Of a DNA stretch of 64,000 nt, positions 30,963-44,427 are shown one piece after another; position 1 is the stretch's first letter, and each line of letters opens with the position of its first letter. Source of the DNA: the human T2T-CHM13v2.0 reference genome, Homo sapiens; assembly GCF_009914755.1 (NCBI RefSeq), contig NC_060932.1. The stretch is one strand, 5' to 3'. Made by a program: the position numbers and the translations under genes. The notes beneath the pieces are model-generated. The model did no database searches and had not been told where the DNA came from. It saw only the letters and a list, made by a program, of their open reading frames with translations.

Positions 30963-31704
30963 ACAGTAGCAATTTTTATAGAATACTCCAGAAGTTTGCA
31001 ACTTCATTGTTCTTAAGGCAGCCCTCCCTATCTATGGAAGTTACCTATCATTTTTTATAATCAGTAACATTGCAGGTGTGAAAAAGTAGTTCCCTTCCTC
31101 TCCCTGCTGAGGTCATTCTGTCAGCAACTAGGTTCCATGTGTTAAGCATCTCTGAGCAAAAGCTAAATGAAAAAGCCATGCTCAGAAAAACCACGGCGTG
31201 AGCATCACTAGGGGCCAGTGTCACCTCCTGTGACTAATAGGTGGACTTGGACAGGTTGCTTCTTGGAAACCCTGCCAGGGAAGGAAAGGGACACTCCTGT
31301 CAGACCTAGTCCCTGCCTGTCCCTTCCAGTCCAGTGGAACATAGGCAATACTCCCATCCAAACCTCAGCTCTTGGTCTCATAGAATCCTTCTTCTTGCAT
31401 TAATTGCCACCAATTCATATTGCAAGCACACAGAGGTAGCTGAGTAGATGTCTTGGACTGGGCCACAAGGCATCTTTGAGTTCTTGTTCAGGTTATACTG
31501 TTATCTAACCGTGTTGTTTTGGACACATTACTCAACCACATCATAAAATGCAAAGGTTGAATTATATTCATGATTTGCAAACCCAGGCAAATATCGGAAT
31601 TACCTGAACTTTGTAAAATTAAGTTTTTAATTCCTTTGTAAAAATAAGTTTTAATCCCTGCTTCTATTCTTCAGAGATTTAGTTGAGTCTTGAAATTCTG
31701 TTTT

Positions 31705-31998
31705 GTTTTTTTCTGAGTAGGAGTTTCACTCTTGTTGCCCAGGCTGGAGTGCAGTGGTACAGTCTCGGTTCACCACAACCTCCGCCTCCCAGGTTGAAGC
31801 GATTCTCCTGCCTCAGCCTCCTGAGTAGCTGGGATTACAGGCATGCACCACCACGCCCAGCTTATTTTTTGTATTTTAAGTAGAGACAGGGTTTCTCCAT
31901 GTTGGTCTGGCTGGTCTCAAACTCCCAACCTCAGATGATCCGCCCGCCTCAGCCTCCCAAAGTGCTGGGATTATAGGCATGAGCCACTGCGCCTAGCC
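31705..31998 (-). mobile_element. Alu (AluS-like)
   Basis: Reverse Alu; TSD GAAATTCTGTTTT. Confidence 0.9.
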
Positions 31999-33477
31999 GA
32001 AATTCTGTTTTTAAAAGCTCTGCAGGTGATTGGGACTCACATCCAGGTGTGGGACCCTTTAGACCAGGTGTGGGCTCTGTCTCCAAAGGAAAAAAAAAAA
32101 AGAATAAAAGAATCCTGGAATCCTGGACTAATGGGACAGATGAGTAATCAGATAAGCAAAGGGTGGCAGCAGGGTGACAGGAGCTGCCTGCAACAGTGCG
32201 CATGCTAAGCACTAGGGGCGTCCCAGTCCTGGTTGCAACTAGCTGCGACCCCTGTTCTTCCAGGGACTCTTTCTCACCTCTTTTCATTCCCTTCTTTTAT
32301 ACTCTTAGCTAAATATAGAGTGACTTCTTGATTAATTCATCTCAGTTCAACTAACCTCTACTGGAACCCTACTCTTTACTGGAAGGAGAAGATTCCTGCA
32401 AGGGATTCACACATGAGTAAGATGTGGTCCCTAACTTGTCATATTCCGCCTTAGAAGGTATTGCAATTTAATGACATAAAGCATTAAAATTTCCACAAGA
32501 GGAATACAAAGTTCTGTGGGAAGACAGAGGCAGGAGAGAGTGATTCTTGCCAGGGAACTAGAAGTTATCAGAGAGGGGCAGCACTGGAGCTTGTCTGGGT
32601 CCCAAAGGATGGATGGAAGGATGCAAGGAGGTCATTGCATCCAAGGGACAGAGAGAAAGGCATGCAGGTGCGAGGAGCTTTGCGGTGTTTAAGGCACTAG
32701 GAACAGCCTCATAGGCCTCAAGGGGTGTGTGATGAAGAATCGGAAATAAGACCTAGATGGTGGGCTGGACCAGGTGGTAGAGGGATTTGAATGCTTTGCT
32801 CAAGAGTTTGGAGCTGTTTTATGGATATGATAAACAATTAGACAGCTGTGAGCAAGGTAATGACATGATTAGTTACTCTTCAGGAAGAGTATCCTGCCAG
32901 GGGTACCACACTGATGACAGTGGCAAAGACCAGAGATGCGGAGATCAGTTAGGGACCCACTTCACCTAAGAGGCACTTAGGCGGTGGTAGAGGGAGTGGG
33001 AGGAGGGGCAGAACTGTAGACTGGCAGGATGGGGGCAGTGAGAGAGGAGGAAAAGATATGCCCAGGGTTTGAAATCTGAGTCAACTGGGGAGTGAGGTGC
33101 CACTCAGAGACAGGGACCGAGAGGCCAAGCAGAAGGACAAATATATCAGATAAGAATGAAATTCACCTGCTAGTAACAAACATCTAAAGTGACAGCGGCT
33201 GAAATCAATAGATTCAGTTCCTCACAAGGAGTGAGAAGGGAACAGCCCACGGCTGCAGTGGCAGCTCCAGTCTCCTCTCTCTTCTCTGCCAGTCGGCAGC
33301 TTCTAGCCCATGACTCCCATCCTTTGAGTCGCTGCATGGTTTCTAGATGGCAAACACAATGTCAGCCCAAATGTCCACATTCCAAACAGAAAGTTGGAGG
33401 AAGAGGAAAACGGAATGTTCTTCCCACTTAAGTCAGTCTCCTACTTTCTTGGAAACCCCATCTGATGCCCGATCACC

Positions 33478-34060
33478 TTTTTTTTCTTTTTAGGCAAAGT
33501 CTCACTCTGTCACCCAGGCTGGAGTGCAGTGACATGATAGCTCACCGCAACCTCCGCCTCCCAGGTTCAAGCAACTCTTTTGCTTCAGCCTCCCCAGTAG
33601 CTGGGATTACAGGCACCCATCACCACACCCGTCTAATTTTTGTATTTTTAGCAGAGATGGGTTTTTGCCATGTTGGCCAGGCTGGTCTCAAACTCCTGGC
33701 CTCAAGTGATCCGCCTGCTTTGGCCTCCCAAAGTTCTGGGATTACGTTTCCTTTTTTTTTTTTTTTTTTTGAGACGGAGTCTCGTTCTGTCGCCCAGCGT
33801 CAAGTGCAGTGGCACGATCTCGGTTCACTGCAAGCTCCGCCTCCCGGGTTCACGCCATTCTCCTGCTTCAGCCTCCTGAGTAGCTGGGACTACAGGCGCC
33901 CGCCACCACGCCCAGCTAATTTTTTTTTTTTTTTGTATTTTTAGTAGAGATGGGGTTTCACCATGTTAGCCAGGATGGTCTCGATCTCCTGACCTCGTGA
34001 TCCACCCGCCTCGGCCTCCCAAAGTGCTGGGATTACAGGCGTGCGCCACCGCACCCGGCC
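33478..34060 (-). mobile_element. Two tandem minus-strand Alus (AluS-like 33478-33744, AluY-like 33752-34060)
   Basis: Two consecutive reverse Alu bodies, each with a poly-T tract. Confidence 0.9.
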
Positions 34061-35209
34061 TACACTTCCATTTTTATGTCGTCAGCTACTTATGGCTCCA
34101 AGGAAGCTTGGGAAACATATACGTTGCCTTTAGGAATAAAACAGTGTTCTGTGCATAAGGAGAAGGGGAGATGAATACGGGCCAGTTGCAGCCTCTGCCC
34201 CAGAAGGTGACCTGGAAGCCAGGCAGGAGCTCCACGCTATGATGAGGAGCTCTGCCTACTGACTCACAGCAGTAAGGTCAGGTTGAAGTGGGGTTTCCAG
34301 CCGGCTAAGGCCAGAAACCTGGACTGAAATTAGGGGTGAAGCCAAAACAGCAAATAGGAAGAAAAGCTGGGGGCAGAGGCTTCCAGGAGACCCAATCAGA
34401 ACCAAGAACGTGGGAGGTGGGGGGCCAAGGTCAGAACCAGCCAAGAGGGGCTGGAGAAACATCGTGGTCCAGCTGGTGGCTAGAAGTCAGGGTTGGCAGG
34501 AGAGGCAGAGCAGAGTGTTCCTAGGAGCCGAGCGGGTCTGCTGGGCTCTGGTCTGATGATGGCATCTCTCCCCACACCTGGAACTGGATCACAGGTTCAG
34601 CCCCGCACGTCCAGCCGGCCTACCACCCCACAGGGTCTTGACCCCATTTGCTATAAATGATACACAGATAGTGACGACTGCTGTACGCGGGATGAAAAAT
34701 TAACAACACCTAGGTAGATCTTTACATGGTGACCTTAAAATAAACCTGCAGATTTGACTACATACTTTCACATCCCCAATTTCTTTAACCCATGTGACCT
34801 CCCACAAGCCTGAAGAGAGAACAAAATAAAATTCTTTATGGGTGACAGTCATGAGCTGTGCTTGGCTCCAAAAACCCGACTAAAGATGTAACAAGGTGCG
34901 GTGTTGGGCGCATTTATCCTGTGTTAACTTCCTATGTTAACGTGCTGTGACACCAGAGGTAAGTTACGCTCACCTCTCTGAGCCCTGGTTTCTTTGTAAA
35001 ATGATGGAGCTGGGTCAGATGATTCTCTGTTTGTTTCCAATTCTGAAATTCTACGAACCTAAAACCTGTGTAAAACTGCTCCACGTTACTTGATAACTTA
35101 GATGCTTCAGAAGCACTTGCACTGGTGCAGTGGGCCAGATCTCCTCCCTCGCCCTGGATTAACAGAGGTCCTTGTTCCTTCTCCCCTCCTCTCACCCGTA
35201 TCTTTGCAG

Positions 35210-35614
35210 GTGTGCATCCTCGAGTGTGAAGAGAAGGTCTTCCCCAGCCCCCTCTGGACTCCATGCACCAAGGTCATGGCCAGGAGCTCTTGGCAGCTCA
35301 GCCCTGCCGCCCCAGAGCATGTGGCGGCTGCTCTCTACCAGCCGAGAGCTTCGGAGATGCAGCATCTGCGGCGAATGCCCCGAGTCCGGAGCTTGTTCCA
35401 GGAGCAGGAAGAGCCCGAGCCTGGCATGGAGGAGGCTGGTGAGATGGAGCAGAAGCAGCTGCAGAAGAGATTTGGGGGCTTCACCGGGGCCCGGAAGTCG
35501 GCCAGGAAGTTGGCCAATCAGAAGCGGTTCAGTGAGTTTATGAGGCAATACTTGGTCCTGAGCATGCAGTCCAGCCAGCGCCGGCGCACCCTGCACCAGA
35601 ATGGTAATGTGTAG
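35210..35614 (+). CDS. PNOC: Prepronociceptin exon 3 coding part, aa 43-176 (exon continues to 35661)
   Basis: Polypyrimidine tract plus TTGCAG| acceptor, in frame with exon 2 (42+134 = 176 aa). Encodes KR-FGGFTGARKSARKLANQ-KR. Donor TGA|GTGAGT at 35661. Confidence 0.98.
   Translation: MCILECEEKVFPSPLWTPCTKVMARSSWQLSPAAPEHVAAALYQPRASEMQHLRRMPRVRSLFQEQEEPEPGMEEAGEMEQKQLQKRFGGFTGARKSARKLANQKRFSEFMRQYLVLSMQSSQRRRTLHQNGNV
35375..35464 (+). other. PNOC: Nocistatin peptide-coding segment (MPRVRSLFQEQEEPEPGMEEAGEMEQKQLQ)
   Basis: 30 codons between the RR and KR dibasic sites, ending in the conserved EQKQLQ motif. Confidence 0.85.
35471..35521 (+). other. PNOC: Nociceptin/orphanin FQ 17-mer coding segment (OPRL1/NOP ligand)
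   Basis: Exact FGGFTGARKSARKLANQ, flanked by KR on both sides. Confidence 0.99.
35528..35578 (+). other. PNOC: NocII / orphanin FQ2 17-mer coding segment (FSEFMRQYLVLSMQSSQ)
   Basis: Lies between the KR and RRR basic sites. Confidence 0.9.
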
Positions 35615-36759
35615 CCGGAAGGGGCGCTCCTCCCAGCTGTACCGGCCACTGCAACCCATGAGTGAGTTGGGCACCAATAAGCTGGGGGCAAGGAGAGACC
35701 TCACACACCAACTGTCTTAGCCTTGCTCCCAGGCCTAGAAGCACATTCATCTCCCCGCCCCCTCCCCACTCCACACACACACACCCCGCAAGGAGTCCAG
35801 CCCACCCTTTCTCTAGGCAGCAGATTTTCCTATGATTGCACCTTGAAGCTGACCACTTCCGGCTAGAGACTGGTTACCATGGGGATAATAGTAGTATGTT
35901 AAGATAACTAATTCCTCTATCACTCCCCAGGAGCTTAGTTACTATGGGGACAGTTAAGTGGACCAATACGCCCATCCAGTTGCCACAGCAACCAGTCAGC
36001 TCACCTTTCCTCGAGATTGTCTCTCTAAACACCAAGAGTGGGACCTACTCTTAGCCATTAGCAGAGTCCAATTACCACAGCTATGATGGTGCTATTTCAT
36101 CTTCAAAGACGGCTTACCTATCCCCTCTCCTTTCCCCAGCTCTCAGGGTGCCTGGCTCCATGGAAACATTAAAGTTTCCCATTTTACCTGGACAAAGAGT
36201 TCCTGTTAAGATTAGGAGTTGTGGTTTCTGCTCTTCCTCCTTCCACAAGCCATTTGTCCATCCTGCCACCTTGCCAGAGAGGGACTGATTCCTTGTGGTC
36301 AACGGTATCATTACTGAGCAAGACGTGGAGAATTTGGTCCAATGGACCTAGTAGCTACTAGAATATGGACTAAAGGGGTTCATCTTCTTTCCTCCATTTG
36401 GCTTCTTTCCAGCGTGCCATTTTTGTTTTGGTTTTGTTTGCTTGCTTTTATTCCTCTCTTTCTTCCTTGTTCTCTCTTTCTTCTGCTCTGTTCCTATACC
36501 CACAGGCACCTTATACAAGTCCACATGTCTCATAATATACATCAAATACCCTAACTGATTGCCTGTTCATTCAAAACCCAACTTTCCTTAGGATATCAAC
36601 CAATACATCACTTTGAGTGGCATTGGCAACCTAGCACAGTAGAATTTTCTGAAAATTTAGGAAACTCCCAACCATCAAGGCTATGTGCCTTAATTTGTAT
36701 ATGGGAATATGATCATCTGCAGAGTCCCATACGTCTCCTTAAATAGCTAAGAAACTTGC

Positions 36760-37150
36760 CATATTCATCCATTTTGCATTGCTACGAAGGAATACCTGAG
36801 GCTGGGTACTTCATAAACAAAGTTTATTTGGCTCACGTTCTGCAGTCTATACAAGAAGCATGGCACCCGCATCTGCTTCTGGTGAGGCCCTCGGGGAGCT
36901 TTTACTCATGGCAGAAGGCAAGGGGAGCTGGCGTGCCACATGGCAAGAGGGGGCAAGAGGGGGAAAAGGGGAGGTCCCAGCCTCTTTAACAACCAGATCT
37001 CCCACGAACTCATTACCATAGGGTGGGCACAAAGGCATTCCTGAAGGATCCACCCCCATGACCCAAACACCACCCACTAGGCCCACCTCCAACATTAGGG
37101 ATCACATCTCAACATGAAATTGGAAGAGGACAAACTTCTAAACTGTATCA
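36760..37150 (-). mobile_element. MST (ERVL-MaLR) solo LTR in PNOC intron 3
   Basis: gcattgcta.gaaggaatacctgaggctgggta...ggcagaaggcaa...ggatccacccccatgacccaaaca...tgtatca. Confidence 0.85.
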
Positions 37151-38231
37151 TTGTCCTAACACAAAGAACCAGTCAGATCATCAAAATCACCCCAAAACAT
37201 TACCCAAGTGGGGCTTTTCCCTGAGTCCGAGCATAAGAGAAAAATGTCTGCATGTGCTATTTTAAGTTGCGTCCCATGTGTCAGAGGTAGCCGTGTCACT
37301 AATAACCTTCCTTGATGATCTATTAGTACATATGCTAATGTTTGGTGCCCACACTTTAGCATGGAGACAGCCCCTTTGCAGGTAGGCCAACATGTTCACC
37401 ACAGGCCTGTTACCAAATATGGACACGTGTATTAAGTTGTGAAGAGAAAGCTGATGTGTTTATTTTAGCAGGATGACTCATCTCCAAAGGCCCCAAATTA
37501 ACCTGCACTGCTTTTGAAGTCATACTCACTCTTGGATCCTTCACAAGCCTCCTATTTCTTTCTAACACATATCTGCACAGCACCTAACAGTAAATCATTC
37601 AGAAGTAGCATGGGTTGAATTCTTTCAAATCTTAAAGACATTCTTCTTTAAAGTGGCTCTTCAGGGACACTGAAGCTCATGTCTAATTCTGAACGATGGT
37701 AATGTTCTTTACCTAAACACAGTTGAAAATCAGGCCCATTAACAGGAATCCATTTATTTTTTAAAAAATGATTTGAGCCTCTATCCAGGCAATTGGTTTT
37801 TCTAATCTTCTATTATGCTTCCAACTGAGAGGCACTGAAACAAAGCCAGTAAGGAGCTTCTGTCTGTGGCTCTGCTCAAATGTCAAGTTCTGGATGGAAA
37901 CTGGAAACATTAACCAGCTCATTTGGGTATTATTGATGACTCTCCTTTCTCCTTCTGCAACCATCTCTCTGCTTCTTTTCCCCCAACATGCACAGTTGGT
38001 GAGTTCCAATATGGATATTTATGAGTCTATAACAGCCGGCTTCAACCTTGTTTTCATCCACATACACACACCCCAACCTGCCCTACACATGATGGAGATG
38101 TCTCCATCTTGGGGGACTCTTGTTACCAATGCTGTCCTTGACTTCTAAGATACCTAATACTAATAGACATGGAGAAGGCTGGGAAGAAGTGGGGCCACCT
38201 TACACTGGAATGGGATAAAGAACCCTATTCA

Positions 38232-38543
<312 letters not shown>

Positions 38544-39108
38544 GAACACTATTCAGAAAGTGTAATGATGTCCTAGGAAGGAAAGGTGTTGGGGTGCAGG
38601 CCCACCTCTAGACAGAACTTGTCACAGCTGGTCTTAGGGTTCTGCCTTCCTTTCCCCTGACCCTATACTACCTTCCTCTTTTCTGCTACCCTTAGACTTT
38701 GACCCTTCTAGGCAATGGAAACTGAGCACATTCATTCGTGGTCAGGTTATCAGTGCCATCAGGCTCAAAGAGCACTTGCAAAGAAAAGAACTGTAAAACA
38801 AGGGCACTATTTCGCATGGGCTCCGAATACCAGCAAGAACTGTTCCCCGGGAAGGGGCTTGCCACTGTGCCTATCGAGTCACAGCCTACAGACCTCCCGT
38901 TTAGTCTATTAGTCCAGCCAGTAGACCCGGGGCTGGGGGAGCAGATGTGCGGAGATGCTGAGGACCCCTCTGGCTACGTTAGGAACGATTTACTTGGGTT
39001 GATAGCTTTTCTTTGCCTCCCTTTCACTGCTTCCGTCTCTAGGGGGAATAGAAAAGGGTCAGAAAAACCATCAGGTTTGCCATTTTTTAACCATTTCTGT
39101 CTCCCCAG

Positions 39109-39540
39109 GCGTCCAGGTGATCCCCCAAACAGCATGTGCTCAGCCCCAGACCTGCCGCCTGGGAATCAGGATTCCTTCTTCCCCAAGGCACTGAGCGCCT
39201 GCAGATCCCGCAGGCTTCGTTTGCCTCCAGAACCTTCCCGTCTGATTGTTCCTCCCCAGCCCCCTGGCATGTTTCACCACAACCCTGTTGCTACATCAGA
39301 GTGTATTTTTGTAATTCCTCTAGCTACCATTTCAATAGCCCCATCTCTCCTGCTCACCCGCCTCTTGCCCCTTCTAGGGGCAGGTGAAAGGAATAGGAAA
39401 TTGAACCTGGGGTTTTGACTTGCCACTGCCATAACTTGTTTGTAAAAGAGCTGTTCTTTTTGACTGATTGTTTTAAACAACGATTTCTCCATTAAACTTC
39501 TACTGAGCAAATGGTTAATAAATTGGTTTGCTGTTTTTAA
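39109..39540 (+). other. PNOC: PNOC exon 4 (terminal 3'UTR exon); 3' end approximate
   Basis: Acceptor CATTTCTGTCTCCCCAG| at 39108. Poly(A) hexamers ATTAAA at 39491-39496 and AATAAA at 39517-39522. Confidence 0.85.
39491..39522 (+). terminator. PNOC: PNOC polyadenylation signals (ATTAAA, AATAAA)
   Basis: Two hexamers followed by GT/T-rich sequence (TTGGTTTGCTGTTTTT). Confidence 0.75.
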
Positions 39541-39646
39541 GTGAAGTGACAGAAGCAGACTCTGCACACACACAACCAGCGCTGCCGCTCCCGGGAGGCA
39601 GAGGTAAAAAGCGCATGGCACTGCTGTGTAGAAAGGAGGATAGGCA

Positions 39647-40136
<490 letters not shown>

Positions 40137-41754
40137 TTACCAAGCTCCAGGTGGTGCAGATCCTGCTGGTTTGGGTCCAATGGACTGGGACACACAGCAA
40201 GGAGCAGGGCGGAGAGAAACCTGCTGATGCCACTTTTATCTCCAGCTTCCCACGTTAGGGTGTGTCACTGCCAGAGTCCAGCCGAGAAACACAAGGCAAA
40301 CCAAACCGAGTCTGTCGGGGAGAGTTAACCGTCTACACGAATGGGCAGGGTTACAGAAGATCAGCAAGGGATGGAAAGGTGCTCTGTTGGGAGCCGGAGA
40401 GCCCTGGTAGGGGTAAGGGAGTTCCTGGACCCACAAGGACTCTAGCTCTCCATAGCTTTCAGTAGAGAAATACAGCCATTTACTCACACACTGTGGGAGC
40501 CAGGATTCAATACCCCCACTTTCAAACTCCAGCCTGATGTCTGTCAGCCAAATCCAACCAGAAGCTGGAAAGTTGGGGGGTCGATCCACTGATGCAGCTG
40601 CGAAGGTAGGGGTAGGGGGTGAGCTACAGATGGAGAAGGCAGGTAGCTAACTTGGAGGGGGACTTGGTAAACGCAGTAGAACAGGTAATTCTATTCGAGG
40701 TGTTCTTAGAGGGATGAGCTGGAACAAGGACACAGAGAAGGGGAGAAGGAAGTCCCTGACTGCACCCCCAAGATATTAAAAAAAGGCCAAAAGGAGGGAA
40801 AAAGAAACTGCTTTGTGGGCTGCTGGGCGTGGCTGACTCAGGCCATAATGAAGTGCCTGGGCATGACACCCCCACTGGCCAGCAATGTGAAGGGTCCCTG
40901 CAACCCGCCCCAAGAGACACTTCACAATCCCCAAAGCTCCTGCCTCTTTGCCTTCCCTATTCCCCAGAGCCTCTTCCTATAGCTCCTGCTTCTCCCCACC
41001 AGATGACTCAGTGCGGAAAAGATCCTGTGGGGCCTTCCACCTGCCCCACCACCACCTCGAACTCTTATTTTAAATATACCTTAAACGTTTAAACACATTT
41101 CCACAACTTCCTCAAGCAAGCCTGGTTTATTTGACTTGGTCTTCTTGGAATCTATCATTGCTTCACTAAGTGGTTCTTAAAATTCAGCAACTGAAATTGC
41201 ACAAACCAGCCCCTGGGTGGAATGACGCCTTCTGCTTCCAACAGCCTTCCCACCTAGGCCAGCTCTGCCAGCCACTTGGGCCATCGCAGCACCTGGAACT
41301 GATGTCTGTATGGAGCAGACCATGTTCAGAAGCCATTTGATAGGTAGCGTGTGACTTTATTTTCTCCCATGTCACTTGCTTGCTCCTCAAAAGACTCAGG
41401 AATGCAGTCAAGAATATGCTCCCCTTTGTCAAGAAAAGCAGCAGAAAATGCTGCCTGGAGTGCTGTTATTTCCCAGTTTATAACCTTGAGCAAGTTATTG
41501 AACCTCTGTGCCTCACTCTTCTCATCTGCAAAATGGGAACAATAACAGCACTCTCTCATAGGGTTATTTATAATAGGGAACCCATGTATACACTTGGCCT
41601 AGTCATTGGGAAGCGTTACCTACTGTTAGTATAAGTGAATCAACGTCATACTTTGCTACAGTGTGATATGCTACCATTTGTGTAACACCAAGGACAAGGA
41701 CAGTGATAATCTTATTTGTTGCAAGGGAAGGGGCAAAGGACAGGCACACATTAA

Positions 41755-44427
41755 ATCAGACAAGGTACCATTTTATTCCTTATAAAATATATTTCATATT
41801 GTTGCTGTAAAAACATTACATTTCACATTTTTAAAAAATTTTTTAACAGTAAAAATAATACTTGGAAGACAGCTGAGGAAAAAGGCGCCAATAAGACAAA
41901 CTCACAGATGGGATTTATCTCCCTCTTGCTTTTTTTTTTTTTTTTTGCCCCTGGTAAAAGTCAGAACCTGGGATGACCAGAAAGTAACAGGACAGATTTC
42001 TCCCAGCAAATCAGTCTCCACAACCAAATGAATATTGTTCTCCAAGGAGTCAAGCTATAGACTCACAATGACAACGTGGCCATGGCTCAAAACACTCTCT
42101 GAAATTACAAAATTGCTTTCTGAGCCAATTTAAAAGTCACATGATTGAATCCAAGCTATTTTACTTTAAATGGTCCTTTTGCTTTGCACCTGAGACCTCG
42201 CTTGGCCACAGACGTCATTCGCTGGACTCCCTGGGCACTAAATGAGTGTCTAGCATCCTTAAGGCTGCTCAACACACAGCCCCAGACTCTGAATATGATT
42301 CCAAGAAATATTCTGAAAAAAGTCACATCGCTGGAATAAACAGTTTCCCAAGATAACTGCTTTGAAAACCAGTCCCGTTAGTTTCTAAAAGCCCACCTAC
42401 GGCACCTTCCTTCCATCAGAGTCTGCTGCCCGGGTGGGCTGGGAAGGAGGGAGATACAAAGAAGAAAGTAGGCATGATCACTGGGTCGGTTCCCAAGCCA
42501 CCCTCACCCTCCAAGAAGGCATGAATGGAACAACCCCGAGAACAGAGCACGTGTGAAGAACCAACACGACAGGCACGGGATGGCAGCACGGGTGGAAGGG
42601 AGGCAAGGAGGCCGCCAGTGCCAAGGAGGAGAGGGGGCACAAGCGCAGGCAGGGAAGGTGGCACCAAAACCTAGTAAGAACAAAGCAAAACCACCGTGGT
42701 TTCCACACTGCTCTCTCCCTTTATTCCTCTCTTTCCTGCCCTGTATACCAACGGCATAAGAAGCCTGCACAAAGAGAAAAATCCGTATATCCAGTTATAT
42801 CTACACGGTCCAAACTGGGGGCGGGGGGAATTCAAACAGCTTTCTAAAGACGAGACGGCAGTGAAAACTCTGAGGGAGAGGGGAAGGGGAGGCCCTCCTG
42901 AGCGAAGTTCCCATGTGTCAAGAACGTGCCCTCCCCTCCCCATGAGGACCTGAAGCTGGGGGTTGTCTTGGGAAGTGAGGGGGGTTGGGAAACACCATCA
43001 GCAGCTGCCAGCTCTTAATTCTCAAGGAGATCGAAGGGACAGGAAGGAGAGCCCTGCGCCACCTCAGGCTAGCCTGGCTTTGAGCTTTACCAAGAGACAG
43101 AATTCCACATACATTTTTTTTTTTTTACTAAGTTATAAAAAAAAAAACCCCATCACCAAAGACACCTGTGCACAAGTGTCTGTCCCTTCTGTCACCAACC
43201 TAGGGCACTACACCCTTCCCAACATCATGACCCTACTGCCAGGTCTACAGATTTTGTAACACTCAAAGTGTCCTGCATTAAAAAGCACGTGTCTATTTCC
43301 TACGTGAAGGGGCCAAGGGAGCCCTGGTGGCCCAAATATCTTCACCCAGGACTGGGAGGGCGGCCTCGATGACAACCAAGGGGTGGATGCTGACACTCCA
43401 TCCCAGGACAGGTGGCTGGGTAGGATTCCCTGAGCCCCTGACAGCTGGGACATAGGGCCAGGACTTGTACCCGAGGCAGCTGGGCAGTGGGCAGTCACAT
43501 TCCAGTAGGCCCTGAGGAATCCCCAAATAAGTCACGCTGGGAGGAAAGTGAGACACCAAAACAGAAACATGCCCTGCCATCCGGGCGTGGCTCACTCTGT
43601 CTTCGCGCAGGGCTGGTTGGCATGGTGCTACACTCCCGAGACCTCCCTCCTTCTCCCCAAGAACAGCTCTGCTTATCGACATGCACGCAGCCCAGGCTCC
43701 CCTAGATCCCTGGAGGCTCCAGAAACACCAAGGGCCAAAACGCCAGCAGCCACTAACCCAAACCCACGTCTTCCTCCTGTCATTTCCTCATCCTGACGCT
43801 CACGGGTGCAAGGACTCTCCTTGGCCTTCCTCATCCTGCTTTCAGGCAGCAAACAGAAATGGGGAAATCCCTGGTGGGGCCAGGAGACAGAAAGGAACCT
43901 CCAGAACCTCCCTGGGTCTCTCCCGGCCACCCAAATAAAAGAAAACTTTAATCAGTAAAGGCTTCTGAATACATCGTAAAAGAAAACAAAGCATTTCTGA
44001 GGCGTCCTTTCAATAACCGGAGGAAGGCGGCGTCAGGAGGGTGCTTCCTCGGGTCAGAGCAGAGAGTTTCCAGACGCTCAAACCCTCCAGGAGTTCCTCG
44101 AGGAAAGAGGAGAGAATGATCAAGGTAGTGTTTAACTGCCACATTCCAAAAAGTGAATTCTGATCAGCCTTTTGGCTCAGCTATTTGGCGACAGTCTTTT
44201 AAAAAACCTCTTTCTCTGGGCTTTAAGAAGAAGCCATTTAATATTTGTTGGGGTGCAACCCAATGTCTGAGGGAACCCAGATTTAAGTCGTCACCAAGAA
44301 AGGGATTTCCTTTGACTTCCATGCAGGATGCTCAGACAGGGAACAGGAGGTACCCTCCGAGAAGGGCAAACCCCTCTGCCCCACGGCCAGGCAGTCCTGC
44401 ACTCTGAGTCACCCATCAGCCAGAAAC

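Noticed and set aside
33465-33944. 159-aa ORF, and many similar ORFs (e.g. 23713-24135, 26084-26434, 60635-60994)
   Set aside because: Alu-derived pseudo-translations ([19 protein letters not shown] motifs).
35192-35704. 170-aa minus-strand ORF opposite PNOC exon 3
   Set aside because: Antisense shadow of a GC-rich coding exon; no independent gene signals.
38738-39418. 226-aa ORF, the longest in the track, overlapping PNOC intron 3 and exon 4
   Set aside because: It has a non-ATG start in intronic DNA and no recognisable domain. It is a different frame from the N27K-like extension and could only be reached through the weaker AG at 39115-39116.
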